This document shows, in pieces, positions 50,074 to 59,937 of a DNA stretch of 64,000 nucleotides (its first letter is position 1; each line of letters begins with the position of its first letter). The translations under genes were made by a program, and so were the position numbers. The DNA comes from Escherichia phage vB_EcoM-Ro121c4YLVW, in the sequence record NC_052654.1; one strand, written 5' to 3'. Below the pieces are notes generated by a model. That model was not told the DNA's origin. It ran no database searches and saw only the letters and a program-made list of their open reading frames with translations.

Positions 50074-52062
50074 TTAACCACCAGTGTTAGATTGTCCACT
50101 TAGAGTTGAAAGAGACAAACGTTGGAAAATGCTATTTCCGCTATTTTGAATTCTTGCATCAAGAATATTTCCAAACTCTGAAGAAGGGCTGATCGTAACT
50201 TTGATAAGATCACTTGGTATTGCTACCGTATTCTCAACAACAGGTTGATTACGAGCCAAACTTACGTTAGGTGTATAGGCTGATTCACGTAAATCTTCAA
50301 GAGGATTACCAAATCCAAAAGCACGTGTCCTTGTTTGTTCTCCTCTCCACATACGACCAATGTCTTGTGTATCAATACCTGTTAAATTGTACAACCAATC
50401 TGCTACAGGATTGCTGTCTCCACTTTGCGTTGCCTCGTATGCTTTTTGTGCCATAGATTTATTAGGATCTGTGTTGTCTCCGAATGTATCTGGGAATGTT
50501 TCTTTAAGCCAATTGGTAAAAGATCCGAAACCATCTCCCAACTCTTTAGCAAAACCTCCTAATTGAACTGTTGTCTTACCGAGTTCTTCACCTAAATCTT
50601 TGGCAAACTGATCTAGCACTTTAACGTTATCCAACCAAGAATCATCTTTAGGTAAGGCTTTCACAAAACCCTCTAAGAAGTGGTTCTGCATACCTTGACC
50701 TACAAGCTGAACTGTTGCAGCAAAACGAGTAAACTCTTTAGAAGCATCTATTTGTTCTTGAGTTAATGTTGCACCTGTTCTTTGAAGCATTTTCAATACT
50801 TCATTATACCCTTCGCCGTTTTTACTAAACATACGTTGGTAGTGCATAAGGTCATCACCAAGGTTTTCAAGAAGTCGCCCGATTTGAGCAGAGTTCATAC
50901 CTCGACGCTCACCTTCATTAACAGTAGCCTGAATAAAAGCTAAAGGATCGTTCTGTAAAGGTTTAAGCTGTTCTGGATTCCATCCAAACAAGTTCATAAT
51001 GTCATTTATGCCATTATCACCGCCTTTCCACTTCCCTTCTTTTTCATTCCACTTTGCAGCTAAAACGGTATTACCAAGACGTTCACGAACGTCTTTAATA
51101 TTATCTATTGATTTAATAATATTTGCAGAGTCTACACCGTTCTGTTCACCCCAAGCCGTCATTGCCAAAATAGCGTTGGCGTTTGTCTGAACGTTTTCAG
51201 CACCACGGCTTACAAGTTTAATTCTTTCGTTAGTATTCATCAACGTGTTACCAACTACAGAACCACCTGCAAACAGACCAGCACCTATCAAAGAGGATGC
51301 AATCATACGTGGATTAAGACCTGCTGCACCTTCTTTTAATTGTCCGTATCTACGATCACGATCACGTTTCTGTTGAGCTAATTCACGCTTACGGTTGCGT
51401 TCTATATCTCTAAGTTCACGATTTCGCATACGTATACGCATTTTAGCTTCTGCTTCTAGCTCTCTACGAATACGGCGACGACCGCGAACCTCGTCTTCTA
51501 TTTCAGCATTCTTTTCACGATGAGATCTGCGTAAAGCATCCAACTGGTGAGCAAGAGCTTGGTTCATACGTTGAAGAGTTATTTCACCCTTTTTGTATTG
51601 CTCTACAGCTTTACCCATAACGTCCCTAGCTTCTTGCATAGCGCCAGGACTGGCTTTACTAAATGCTCTTGCTCTGTAGTTAAAGTTCTGCAAACGAAGA
51701 TTACCTAAATCTTCCCTACGTGCTGCTGCTTTAGCTTCGCGTTCAGCAGCTTTACGAGCTTTTTCTTCTTCTCTTCCTTGCGGGGTTTTAGGAGTTCTAG
51801 GTCTACCAGATCCTCCTACAGGAGCACCCGCTCCAGCGGGAGTAGGTGCTCGCATAGGTTTTTGACTTTGAGTTTGAGCTTTCTTAAGTTCACGCTCAAT
51901 CTCTTTCATTTGTTGTCTAAACTTGGTCATGTTCATAGTGGGTTGCATTTTATTTGCAAACTTCTGAACACTCAACACGGCATCTTTTGCTTCCTTGAGA
52001 CTGTTCTTGTCCACCTTAAACGTAACCACGTTACTAATTTTGGAGGCGTTAATTTCTAACAA
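50074..52062 (-). CDS. Tail tape measure protein
   Basis: 662 aa. It has a long Arg/Lys/Glu-rich coiled region and a hydrophobic segment (MIASSLIGAGLFAGGSVVG). It sits after the chaperone genes. Confidence 0.85.
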   Translation of the reverse strand: MLEINASKISNVVTFKVDKNSLKEAKDAVLSVQKFANKMQPTMNMTKFRQQMKEIERELKKAQTQSQKPMRAPTPAGAGAPVGGSGRPRTPKTPQGREEEKARKAAEREAKAAARREDLGNLRLQNFNYRARAFSKASPGAMQEARDVMGKAVEQYKKGEITLQRMNQALAHQLDALRRSHREKNAEIEDEVRGRRRIRRELEAEAKMRIRMRNRELRDIERNRKRELAQQKRDRDRRYGQLKEGAAGLNPRMIASSLIGAGLFAGGSVVGNTLMNTNERIKLVSRGAENVQTNANAILAMTAWGEQNGVDSANIIKSIDNIKDVRERLGNTVLAAKWNEKEGKWKGGDNGINDIMNLFGWNPEQLKPLQNDPLAFIQATVNEGERRGMNSAQIGRLLENLGDDLMHYQRMFSKNGEGYNEVLKMLQRTGATLTQEQIDASKEFTRFAATVQLVGQGMQNHFLEGFVKALPKDDSWLDNVKVLDQFAKDLGEELGKTTVQLGGFAKELGDGFGSFTNWLKETFPDTFGDNTDPNKSMAQKAYEATQSGDSNPVADWLYNLTGIDTQDIGRMWRGEQTRTRAFGFGNPLEDLRESAYTPNVSLARNQPVVENTVAIPSDLIKVTISPSSEFGNILDARIQNSGNSIFQRLSLSTLSGQSNTGG

Positions 52063-52082
52063 AGTATGTTCCTCGTGTTGGA

Positions 52083-52831
52083 TTAAACAAGTTTCTTAAA
52101 CAAATCTGACATTTTATTTGTCTGGTTTTGATGTTTTCTCTTTATTGAAGTGTCTTTAACATACATGGCTTCAACATACTCTTCGTATGTTAAATACTCA
52201 TATAGTTTTAAAAGATAATCTACACCGTAGTTATCCAATGTTTTCAGTGTTTCCGAGGTATCTTTAACGACTTTGCAAAGAATAACCTCATACCACTTCA
52301 AAGTAAGGGTTTTCGTTGCTGTGTCGATAGCATGTTCAATCGCAGGTGTTAATTTGCTGCTAAACTCGTCATCGCCTGAAGCTGTGTGAACAGTTTTCCG
52401 AAACCTCGTTTGAAAAAAGGGCCGTAGTTTACCTCCAGAACTTTAGCAGTAAGATCTAACACTAGTTCTGGGTGAGCCATAAATAATTCATCAAAATTTT
52501 CTGCAACGTTATAACCGTCTTGCGTATAAACCTCATCTAAAATTTTACGCAAAAAGACAGTTAAATTCTTTTCTTCCAAACCTGCAAAAAGTTGGATCAG
52601 TGCCATAGCAATACGTGACTCAAGGTCTTCGTCTGCCGACATTGTTGCTGTGCTATACATAGTCATAGGAACAACCAGAACACTACCCAATTCTGGAATC
52701 CTGTCAAACACTTTAGATGGACTCCACTTCATAATACGGAAAGTAACAGATCTGTTTCCATCTAACGGAATCTCAACTACTTCTTCTGGTCGAGCATATT
52801 TTTGAATTGTGTTATCTTGTTCTTGTGACAT
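52083..52831 (-). CDS. Tail assembly chaperone, long form made by a programmed -1 frameshift (GT-like)
   Basis: The -1 frame is open from the slippery site (52418-52412) through the 52301-52083 ORF, with no stop. The downstream ORF has no RBS and only a TTG start. Confidence 0.6.
52349..52831 (-). CDS. Tail assembly chaperone, short form (G-like)
   Basis: 160 aa, between the tube and tape measure genes. RBS gagaggaa. Confidence 0.7.
   Translation of the reverse strand: MSQEQDNTIQKYARPEEVVEIPLDGNRSVTFRIMKWSPSKVFDRIPELGSVLVVPMTMYSTATMSADEDLESRIAMALIQLFAGLEEKNLTVFLRKILDEVYTQDGYNVAENFDELFMAHPELVLDLTAKVLEVNYGPFFKRGFGKLFTQLQAMTSLAAN
52412..52418 (-). other. Slippery heptamer T_TTT_TTC (X_XXY_YYZ) for -1 ribosomal frameshifting
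   Basis: Minus strand reads GGC CCT TTT TTC AAA in frame 0. A shift to -1 reads ..TTT TTT CAA ACG AGG..., which continues into the next ORF. Confidence 0.6.
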
Positions 52832-52849
52832 ATTTTCCTCTCTAATGAT

Positions 52850-52870
52850 AAAAAGGGCATTTCTGCCCTT
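52850..52870 (-). terminator. Rho-independent terminator after the tail tube gene
   Basis: Minus strand reads AGGGCA-gaaa-TGCCCT followed by ttttat. Confidence 0.7.
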
Positions 52871-52876
52871 TATTTA

Positions 52877-53356
52877 TTATTGAATTGTCAGAGCAGAGAT
52901 TGAGTTAAGGGTGCTCAAACCTACACCAACTTCATTACGCAGAAGGCTTGCATCTTTAAGACCAATAACCCATTGGTTCTCTGTAATCATTTCGCCAATA
53001 GTATCTTCAGGCTGACTTTGAATCCATCCAATCGTGCTAATGTAATAGCCACGTGGGTCTTCCAAGTAAACACTGAATGCTACTTGACGAGTAGAATACA
53101 TTGTTTGTGCATATGTTGCAAGTACTTCGTTAGCTGGAGATGTGCGTTGCAAAGACATTGTGAGTGTTCCCAAACGGTTACGACTCAAAGCTAGTGAAAC
53201 GTCGCCATCAGTCCCTGAATAAGGGTTGATAATATCGTTAGATTTAGCAATAACGATTTTAGTATCAGCCGCAAAACCCCACGGTTCCCAACCACCTAAT
53301 GAAAGGATAACTTGAGATGGGTCGTAGGCCATTACGCCAGTAAGCATTTTATCCAT
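52877..53356 (-). CDS. Tail tube protein
   Basis: 159 aa, directly after the sheath gene. Motif: ILSLGGWEPWGFAADTKIVIAKSND...GTDGDVSLALSRNRLGTLTMSLQRTSPANEVL. Confidence 0.75.
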   Translation of the reverse strand: MDKMLTGVMAYDPSQVILSLGGWEPWGFAADTKIVIAKSNDIINPYSGTDGDVSLALSRNRLGTLTMSLQRTSPANEVLATYAQTMYSTRQVAFSVYLEDPRGYYISTIGWIQSQPEDTIGEMITENQWVIGLKDASLLRNEVGVGLSTLNSISALTIQ

Positions 53357-53380
53357 TATAGATCCTCTTTATTTTGATAA

Positions 53381-53397
53381 CGGGGGCTTAACCCCCG
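53381..53397 (-). terminator. Stem-loop after the sheath gene
   Basis: CGGGGG-cttaa-CCCCCG. The T-tract is weak. Confidence 0.4.
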
Positions 53398-53402
53398 CCG
53401 TA

Positions 53403-54776
53403 TTAGTTTGCAGTACGGTTAGTCAGGACGTTGACCTGAACTTTAACGTAATGGAAGAAGCCAGCGTAAACATATTCAATCTTCATCCCATCAACCAGAC
53501 GAGCATTGATTTGCGCATCAGTCATATCGGCACGAGAAGGAATATAAACAATAGGTTTCAGATCGACACGCAAACCAGTCTCTTCAGAAGTAACAACTTC
53601 ATTAGCGATGGAACCGTTGAGGATACCTACTTGGATCGGGTTAGCCAGAACAGCTTGTCGAATCAAAGCCAGACCGTTTGAAGTAGCACGAACACCACCA
53701 CCCAGCATAGACTGTTGTTTAAACAGTGTAAACAGTGATTCTTCTGTGCGAGCTTTAAACCACAAAGCATGAACAACATAGTCAACAAAGAAACCGCTAA
53801 CCATCAATCCGTCACGATAGAACAGAGTTCCATGCTCTTTACGATAGATGTTACCGTTCTGTTGAACAATATTGTTTTCCGAAGTCTGATCCAGTTTCTC
53901 GATCTCTACACCTACCAGTGTTTTACCGTGAAGAGTAGTCAAACCAGGTTGACGAGAACAGATTGCACCAACAACTGCTGCTTCTGGGAATACAGAATCT
54001 GCATCGGTCATCCACAAAGCAAAGCAAGTGTTATTATAACCGAGGTCATTCAGTCGTTCCAGAACGTTGTCTTCTGCTTTCGTTTTAATTCCAGGTTCAG
54101 AGCTAGAGAAGAAGTAAACTTTATCATTCTCTTCTACCCATGCAGCCAAAGCTAGAACATCTTCTGTTTCATGGGAATCTGAAAGGGTCCAGAACCAGCT
54201 ACTATCAATATCATGCAGAGCAGCAATATCTTCCGTAATAGCATTAGCATAGACAGTTTCTTGAGTGAAACCTGTGCTGTCAATAGAACCAAACTTACCT
54301 TCTACTGGAGTGAAAGTCATTGCAGCGCCGTTGTTAGCTACTGTAAACAGTGGGCCATAAACAAGATCTGCATTGATCATTTCAGTCAGACCAACTACAA
54401 TCTCTTGTGCAGTTGCAGTGTCATCAGCAATGAATTTAAATTCTTTTTTCTTGGTACCATTTTTGATGGTAATTGTGTAAGTTGCACTATCTTCTACGAT
54501 TGGAGTTAGAGTAAAGTTTGTAACTTCACGCTTACCAACCATGACTTGATCTGGTGGGAACAAACCGTTAAACAGTTTGACTGCCATAATATACGCTGGA
54601 TCATTTAATCCATAACCTGCTTCCAAAAGTGCATCGGAAGAAGAGTAATATTGAATCGCTTCGCCAGTTACGTTCTGACCTGTAAGGATCAGAGGAATAT
54701 CGAACTGGGTTTCACGAATTGATGTAGCACCATACAGTAAAGTTACGGTTGCTACCTTTTCACGAAAAGTTGCCAT
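53403..54776 (-). CDS. Tail sheath protein
   Basis: 457 aa, upstream of the tube gene. The codon usage is typical of highly expressed genes. This is a call based on position and size. Confidence 0.8.
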   Translation of the reverse strand: MATFREKVATVTLLYGATSIRETQFDIPLILTGQNVTGEAIQYYSSSDALLEAGYGLNDPAYIMAVKLFNGLFPPDQVMVGKREVTNFTLTPIVEDSATYTITIKNGTKKKEFKFIADDTATAQEIVVGLTEMINADLVYGPLFTVANNGAAMTFTPVEGKFGSIDSTGFTQETVYANAITEDIAALHDIDSSWFWTLSDSHETEDVLALAAWVEENDKVYFFSSSEPGIKTKAEDNVLERLNDLGYNNTCFALWMTDADSVFPEAAVVGAICSRQPGLTTLHGKTLVGVEIEKLDQTSENNIVQQNGNIYRKEHGTLFYRDGLMVSGFFVDYVVHALWFKARTEESLFTLFKQQSMLGGGVRATSNGLALIRQAVLANPIQVGILNGSIANEVVTSEETGLRVDLKPIVYIPSRADMTDAQINARLVDGMKIEYVYAGFFHYVKVQVNVLTNRTAN

Positions 54777-54810
54777 TTATGCTCCTGTTAGAAACTTAAT
54801 TCCAATGAGT

Positions 54811-55470
54811 TTATTCGGTAGGGTTGTTAAATAATGATCCATTTTGATTAACTGACGAGTATTCGCCTGGAACCAAAGTAATTGCATAAACCCTGTTTAG
54901 AATTAAATCTAAAGGGATAGGATCATTGTAACTATCTCTGAATGAACGGATGTGCATGTTGATTGCTTCTATTGGTGTAGTAGCAATATCTTCAATACTC
55001 ATACGAGTGTTGAACGTCATAACCATACGCGCTCTTAATTCAGTCTTATCTCCGTCTACAATCGTATTGGCTTGAGCTATATTAGAGGCTCCTAAAAAAC
55101 CAAGACCTTTAGAATAGAGATGTTTGTATTTTAATTCCTCTGCACCACGGAGAGCAGCCAGAACATAGCTCATCAAAGTGGTAGGTCTTCCACGATAGGC
55201 TACAAGTTCAATCTCGTAGGTATTATCCATCTCGTAGGAATACATATCATTTTGAATAGAGCTTCGGTAAGACCAACCTCCAGAATCGCTGGAAGTGATA
55301 ATACGTAGTGCTAGGTAAGGAGTATCCGGTTTAATGAATGGCTTATCCATAACATAGACTGGCAACCCCACTAATTCTTGAAGGAAGCCACCTATATTTA
55401 AGTAGATGGCATTTTCGTATGCTTCTATTTGTTGGTAAATATTAGCCAAAGTTTCCTCCTTCTGTTCCAT
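54811..55470 (-). CDS. Neck/tail-completion protein (positional)
   Basis: 219 aa, between the head-completion genes and the sheath gene. Confidence 0.4.
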   Translation of the reverse strand: MEQKEETLANIYQQIEAYENAIYLNIGGFLQELVGLPVYVMDKPFIKPDTPYLALRIITSSDSGGWSYRSSIQNDMYSYEMDNTYEIELVAYRGRPTTLMSYVLAALRGAEELKYKHLYSKGLGFLGASNIAQANTIVDGDKTELRARMVMTFNTRMSIEDIATTPIEAINMHIRSFRDSYNDPIPLDLILNRVYAITLVPGEYSSVNQNGSLFNNPTE

Positions 55471-55891
55471 AAGACCAGGAGTTGTTTTGATCGTCTAATA
55501 TTGCAACACAGTGATGATGGACTAAGAAAGATGTTCTGGTCCAATCTTTAAGGGAATAAACAGAATACCATTTACCATCTATCAATATCTGATCTGATAA
55601 CTGTTCTGTTCCTTGTTGTAACCCCTTCATTTCTGTTTTAGTCCAGAAACTATATTGAGCCTTAGATCTGTAACCTTCAGGTAGTGCATTCAGTGTTTTA
55701 CCAGATATCGGTTGTAAGCTTGCCGCTTCAATAGTAAATGGTTCATATTCTACACTACTGTCTAAGTTAGCAATAACTGAATCAACTGCCTCTTTGTAGA
55801 TTCGTCTACGACCTTGGTATTCAGTTAGATCAAGGAGAGTAAATTGATCTAGTAACACTTGTATCTCCTTTTTAGTATACATCAAAAACAA
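55442..55891 (-). CDS. Neck/tail-completion protein (positional)
   Basis: 149 aa. It overlaps the next gene by 29 nt. Confidence 0.4.
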   Translation of the reverse strand: MFLMYTKKEIQVLLDQFTLLDLTEYQGRRRIYKEAVDSVIANLDSSVEYEPFTIEAASLQPISGKTLNALPEGYRSKAQYSFWTKTEMKGLQQGTEQLSDQILIDGKWYSVYSLKDWTRTSFLVHHHCVAILDDQNNSWSYGTEGGNFG

Positions 55892-55903
55892 AGTTTATGC
55901 AAG

Positions 55904-56392
55904 TTATTTTTTAGACTTGCTTTTTGTGATTTTTGTTTCGATTGCATTTATCATGTGTGCCGTATCTATTAAGATATGATTAGAATAGTTGCCTTTATCT
56001 TGTCGTATCTTAATTGTCACAGGAGATAAAGGACGATAACGTTGCATTGCAATCGCTTGAGCTATTCCTTCTCTAGAGGCTCTCGCTATAGGCTCAAAAA
56101 CAGCTAACCCGACATTATTCATTAAGTAATTTGCAAACACCTGCTTCATCTTTTTAGCGATATTGTTCTGTGAGATAACAGCGCCATCTGTTATAAAAGG
56201 GCGAGCAGGTATGTTATTTGTTTCATTACCATATTGTTGAATAGCTGCTATTGCAGGAATAGTGAGATCTGATTCAGGATGCCTTTTGTTTGTTAAAAAA
56301 CCAGCTTCGATTTGAACTTGTTCAAGGTCCATCATCTTTTTGATAATGGTTTCCCAATCCGTATCATCACCTGGTAAGATCTCACTTTCCAT
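55904..56392 (-). CDS. HK97 gp10-like head-tail joining protein
   Basis: AIAAIQQYGNETNNIPARPFITDG fits the gp10-family motif (..yG...iPaRPF.). Confidence 0.55.
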   Translation of the reverse strand: MESEILPGDDTDWETIIKKMMDLEQVQIEAGFLTNKRHPESDLTIPAIAAIQQYGNETNNIPARPFITDGAVISQNNIAKKMKQVFANYLMNNVGLAVFEPIARASREGIAQAIAMQRYRPLSPVTIKIRQDKGNYSNHILIDTAHMINAIETKITKSKSKK

Positions 56393-56940
56393 TATTTGTC
56401 CCTACGATAAAAAGAAACAGGTCCATAATTTCGCAAATAATTAACGTTGCGTGTATTACGATCAACACTTGCAACATTACCAAGACCATTTACAGAGTTA
56501 GGATCACTGTTTACTCGATCAATCTCACGAGCATCAACACCACCAATAAGAACTTTACTGGTTGCTCCTCGTCCTGCCGTGCACCCAGGAATGACCATAA
56601 GACCATTTAAATAGTTATGATAGATATCTTCCCACGGAGATTTATAAGTGACTTGACCGTTGTTAAATTTAACTTCAACTTCGACTTCACCCATCTTTTC
56701 TCTGCGGGACATAGCTCCTCCTGTTTGAGTACTGTTGTTAAGAACATCGTTGTTCCATAAATACTCTAAAACAGAAATCAAGCTGTTCCACAATACTGCA
56801 CACTTATCCTTATCTTCATTCCCTATAATATCAATCCAAGTTTGGATGATCTGAATCAGCATCGCATCTGGCAATACTTCTTGAGAAGGGTTATAAACAA
56901 GAATTCGGATCAGTGGTGCCAACTCTACCGCATTCAGCAT
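56392..56940 (-). CDS. Head-tail connector/adaptor protein (positional)
   Basis: 182 aa. Its start/stop is coupled to the next gene. Confidence 0.45.
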   Translation of the reverse strand: MLNAVELAPLIRILVYNPSQEVLPDAMLIQIIQTWIDIIGNEDKDKCAVLWNSLISVLEYLWNNDVLNNSTQTGGAMSRREKMGEVEVEVKFNNGQVTYKSPWEDIYHNYLNGLMVIPGCTAGRGATSKVLIGGVDAREIDRVNSDPNSVNGLGNVASVDRNTRNVNYLRNYGPVSFYRRDK

Positions 56941-56949
56941 AAGCCCACC

Positions 56950-57294
56950 TTATTTTTTACGAAGGGAACGTTTTTTAGCTGGAGTGTCTACCGCTTCTAC
57001 TTTTAAAACTTCTTCTTTGATTTTTACAGGTGCATAGTCTTCGTAACTTACAAGATAGTAACCCATGTGTTCTTCACTTGCAAAAGGATGCACAAGAATA
57101 CCTGTTTCTTCTCTCAAACGCGTGAGGAAGTGAATGAAGTTTCCACCTAATGCAATACGACCATCTTTCAGATAGAAAGACATTGGTGGCGCAGATACTA
57201 ATGTTTTATCAGCATCAATCAGTGGTGAAAGCGATTCGAAATCACGAATCATTTCGTGATAACTAAAGTAACGTTTCAATTCTGGGTTTGACAT
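56950..57294 (-). CDS. Hypothetical head-associated protein
   Basis: Start re-set to the ATG at 57294 (RBS gaggag). The track start at 57348 lies inside the capsid-gene terminator hairpin. Confidence 0.45.
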   Translation of the reverse strand: MSNPELKRYFSYHEMIRDFESLSPLIDADKTLVSAPPMSFYLKDGRIALGGNFIHFLTRLREETGILVHPFASEEHMGYYLVSYEDYAPVKIKEEVLKVEAVDTPAKKRSLRKK

Positions 57295-57326
57295 ATCAAT
57301 CTCCTCGTTGTAAACTCTTATTGTAA

Positions 57327-57358
57327 ACAGAAAAGGCTCGCCCATCACGGACGAGCCT
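57327..57358 (-). terminator. Rho-independent terminator after the major capsid gene
   Basis: Minus strand reads GGCTCG-tccgtgatggg-CGAGCC followed by ttttctgttt. Confidence 0.6.
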
Positions 57359-57378
57359 CTAATCTTAACAGAGTTCTA

Positions 57379-58380
57379 TTAAGCCGTAGTCAGTTTAACT
57401 ACCAGTTCTGGACGGGTGTTAACTGCGAGCAGCGAGAATTCAGACTGAAGCTGAATAGTGCGGTGCTGGCTGATCATGAAGGTATACAGTTCACGAGCCT
57501 GGGTGTTAGCCAGTTCTGGAGTATCCGCAGGAGCGTAGTGCGCCTGGAACATACCTTCGATACCCATAGGCAGAACATATGCTTCACCAGCAGGGATGTT
57601 ACCGTGGATATCTTCAATGTAAGTTACACCATTCCATTCAAACACCTGAACATCCATGTTACCGCTAAGGCGGTCACGCAGAAGGTTAGGAGTTCCCTGG
57701 AAATACTGATATGCCTGGCGAACAAATGGAGAGTTAACCAGAGATGCGAAAAATTCACGAGAACACAGAGCTACGATACGAGTAGCGGTAGAGCCATCTT
57801 GTTTAGTATCGATGATGTAAGCACGAGCTTCTTGCTCGATAGTGGCTGCTGGAGAAACAGTGGTAGAAGCAAAGTCTACAGCAACAGATTTCTGGGTAGC
57901 ATTCCACTCGGTATACCAGTTGTATGCAGAGTTAGCTGCACCACCTACGCCGTTATAGGCACGACCCATAACTGCTTCTGCAAAGATTTTCTCTTTGGTT
58001 TTTGCTACGTCACGCAGAATCTGGGACATATAGCGGTTAACAACTTCAGCGTCTGTGCGCAGAGAGTCATTGATTCCTGCCATTGCAAAGCTACGGAAAG
58101 ATTGAATATCTTGAGCTTTGATGTTTTTATCCAGAGGGAAGAACGGAATGCGGAACGCTTTCAGTTCTGGATTTTTCATGGTCAGGAAGTTACGCTCACC
58201 ACCACGCTCACGAGCGGAGATCAGAGCATCTTCAGCTTTTTCTTTACCGATTTCAATAGCGGTAGTTGAATGATAGTCAACACTGAACAGATTCAGGCTG
58301 GCAATCAGTGTATCAGGGGAATCCTGAAGTTCGATCATAGGGCTGAAATCTACAACCTGATCTAAAATTACTGCTGGCAT
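57379..58380 (-). CDS. Major capsid protein (lambda gpE-like family)
   Basis: 333 aa with strong codon bias. The segment KAFRIPFFPLDKNIKAQDIQSFRSFAMAG and the overall layout resemble Phage_cap_E proteins. A D-like decoration gene lies upstream. Confidence 0.85.
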   Translation of the reverse strand: MPAVILDQVVDFSPMIELQDSPDTLIASLNLFSVDYHSTTAIEIGKEKAEDALISARERGGERNFLTMKNPELKAFRIPFFPLDKNIKAQDIQSFRSFAMAGINDSLRTDAEVVNRYMSQILRDVAKTKEKIFAEAVMGRAYNGVGGAANSAYNWYTEWNATQKSVAVDFASTTVSPAATIEQEARAYIIDTKQDGSTATRIVALCSREFFASLVNSPFVRQAYQYFQGTPNLLRDRLSGNMDVQVFEWNGVTYIEDIHGNIPAGEAYVLPMGIEGMFQAHYAPADTPELANTQARELYTFMISQHRTIQLQSEFSLLAVNTRPELVVKLTTA

Positions 58381-58401
58381 TATATTAATCTCCTATTAAA
58401 A

Positions 58402-58800
58402 TTAAGAAGTGAAAACGACTTTTTCGGTCAGTTTCAGATCATGTGTTTCCAGTGCTGCTACGCCAGCGTCATCTACCAGGGAGCCATCTTTGTAGTATAC
58501 TGCAAAGCGGTTCAGAGTAAGATCACGTACGCCAACAACTGCGGTGAAAGTGTCACCTACTGCTACATCGTCAATACCGAACAGAGCATCAGTCCAAATC
58601 AGAACTTTAGCAGCATCGGCAGCTTCAGCTTTAGCAGCTTCAGTGTTGTCAGCTTTCAGGATAGAACCAATTTTCATGGTTGCTGTTTTAACCAGGTTAA
58701 CTTCACGTACACAGTGTCCAAGGTCAGAGCTAAACACTCCACCCAGAACCAGGTGTCCGAATTCCTGGCGAGAGTTAGATAAAGTAATTCCTTTAGCCAT
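58402..58800 (-). CDS. Head decoration protein (lambda gpD-like position)
   Basis: 132 aa, immediately upstream of the capsid gene and codon-optimised. Confidence 0.55.
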   Translation of the reverse strand: MAKGITLSNSRQEFGHLVLGGVFSSDLGHCVREVNLVKTATMKIGSILKADNTEAAKAEAADAAKVLIWTDALFGIDDVAVGDTFTAVVGVRDLTLNRFAVYYKDGSLVDDAGVAALETHDLKLTEKVVFTS

Positions 58801-58819
58801 TTAATTTAATCTCCTAAGA

Positions 58820-59935
58820 TTATTGTTTCTGGGCTTTTTTAAGTTCAGCAGCTTTCTGACTAATCAGTTCAGAAGAAGATTTAGCTACAGGTTGAGTATT
58901 GATCACATCAACACCACGTTCTGTTCCAAATTCTTTCTTAACTGCGTCCACTTCTGCACGTGCTTTTTCGAATGCTTTGACGATAGTTTCAGCGATATCT
59001 TTATTGTCTACCAGATATTTAACGAGAGCTTCAACTTTGTCTTCTTCTACGAAAGAATAGGATTTAACAACAGTTGTATATTCTTCTTCGATACGAGCTT
59101 GTTCAGCTTTACGAAGTTCTTCTGCTTCCTGTTCTGCCTTAGCGATTTTTTCCTGTGCTTCAAGTTCTGCGGCTGCACGTGCATCTGCGGCTGCTTTTTC
59201 TACAGCTTCAGCGATCTGTGCTTTCATCAGTTCTTGGAATTCAGCAGATTTCAGGAATTCTTCTTTGTTGATATTTTCCAAAGGGGTTTCTCCTTTATTG
59301 ATTCCAGTTGTGTTTGCAGATTTATCACCTGCGGGGTTAGCCTCTGCATCCACAGAGTTTGTATTAGCTTTAGCGTGAGCTTTCACTAAATAATCTTTAA
59401 CTTGACTTTGTTTCAAGGAACTCTTAACGAGATTACTCAAAGCATCGTCTAAAACGTCCTCAAAGAAATCAATGGAGATCATTACATCACCATCAACAAC
59501 TTGATAATCAGTAACACGAACAACAGGTTTAGCAACCTCTTCAACTTCAACATTCAGTCCGTCAACTTTAAAGCCAACAGAGAACATACCGTTATCTGAA
59601 CAGAAAATTGCAACGTTCGCATCGAAGTCAGCATCAATAACGTAAACCCAATCCCAACCAGCTTCAAATTTTTCACGCACTTTTTCAGAAATGCGATCCA
59701 TCACTTGTTGAATATAGCTTTTACGTAACTCTGTAACATCTTCTCCCATTTTAGTGAGAGCTTCTAACTTTTCAAAAGTTATGTCTGGAGATCCGTCTGA
59801 CTTAAATAAAAGGGGGGTATTGTAACCAGATGCCGCTCCACCTTGAAAATCAAAAGTGTAAGCAATATGAGCACCTAGTGACTCTTCCGTAGCTTTTCCA
59901 GAAAAGTCTACGTTAGTTAAATATGTATTTGCCAC
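58820..59935 (-). CDS. Scaffolding protein
   Basis: 371 aa. The C-terminal half is Ala/Glu/Lys coiled coil (AEAVEKAAADARAAAELEAQEKIAKAEQEAEELRKAEQARIEEE). It lies between the protease and the decoration/capsid genes. Confidence 0.65.
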   Translation of the reverse strand: MANTYLTNVDFSGKATEESLGAHIAYTFDFQGGAASGYNTPLLFKSDGSPDITFEKLEALTKMGEDVTELRKSYIQQVMDRISEKVREKFEAGWDWVYVIDADFDANVAIFCSDNGMFSVGFKVDGLNVEVEEVAKPVVRVTDYQVVDGDVMISIDFFEDVLDDALSNLVKSSLKQSQVKDYLVKAHAKANTNSVDAEANPAGDKSANTTGINKGETPLENINKEEFLKSAEFQELMKAQIAEAVEKAAADARAAAELEAQEKIAKAEQEAEELRKAEQARIEEEYTTVVKSYSFVEEDKVEALVKYLVDNKDIAETIVKAFEKARAEVDAVKKEFGTERGVDVINTQPVAKSSSELISQKAAELKKAQKQ

Positions 59936-59937
59936 GA

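Noticed and set aside
57463-59389. Long plus-strand ORFs (57463-58269, 58441-58804, 58823-59389) antisense to the capsid, decoration and scaffold genes.
   Set aside because: The antisense frames stay open because of the strong codon bias of the highly expressed minus-strand genes. The products are Cys/Phe/Ser-rich with implausible composition.
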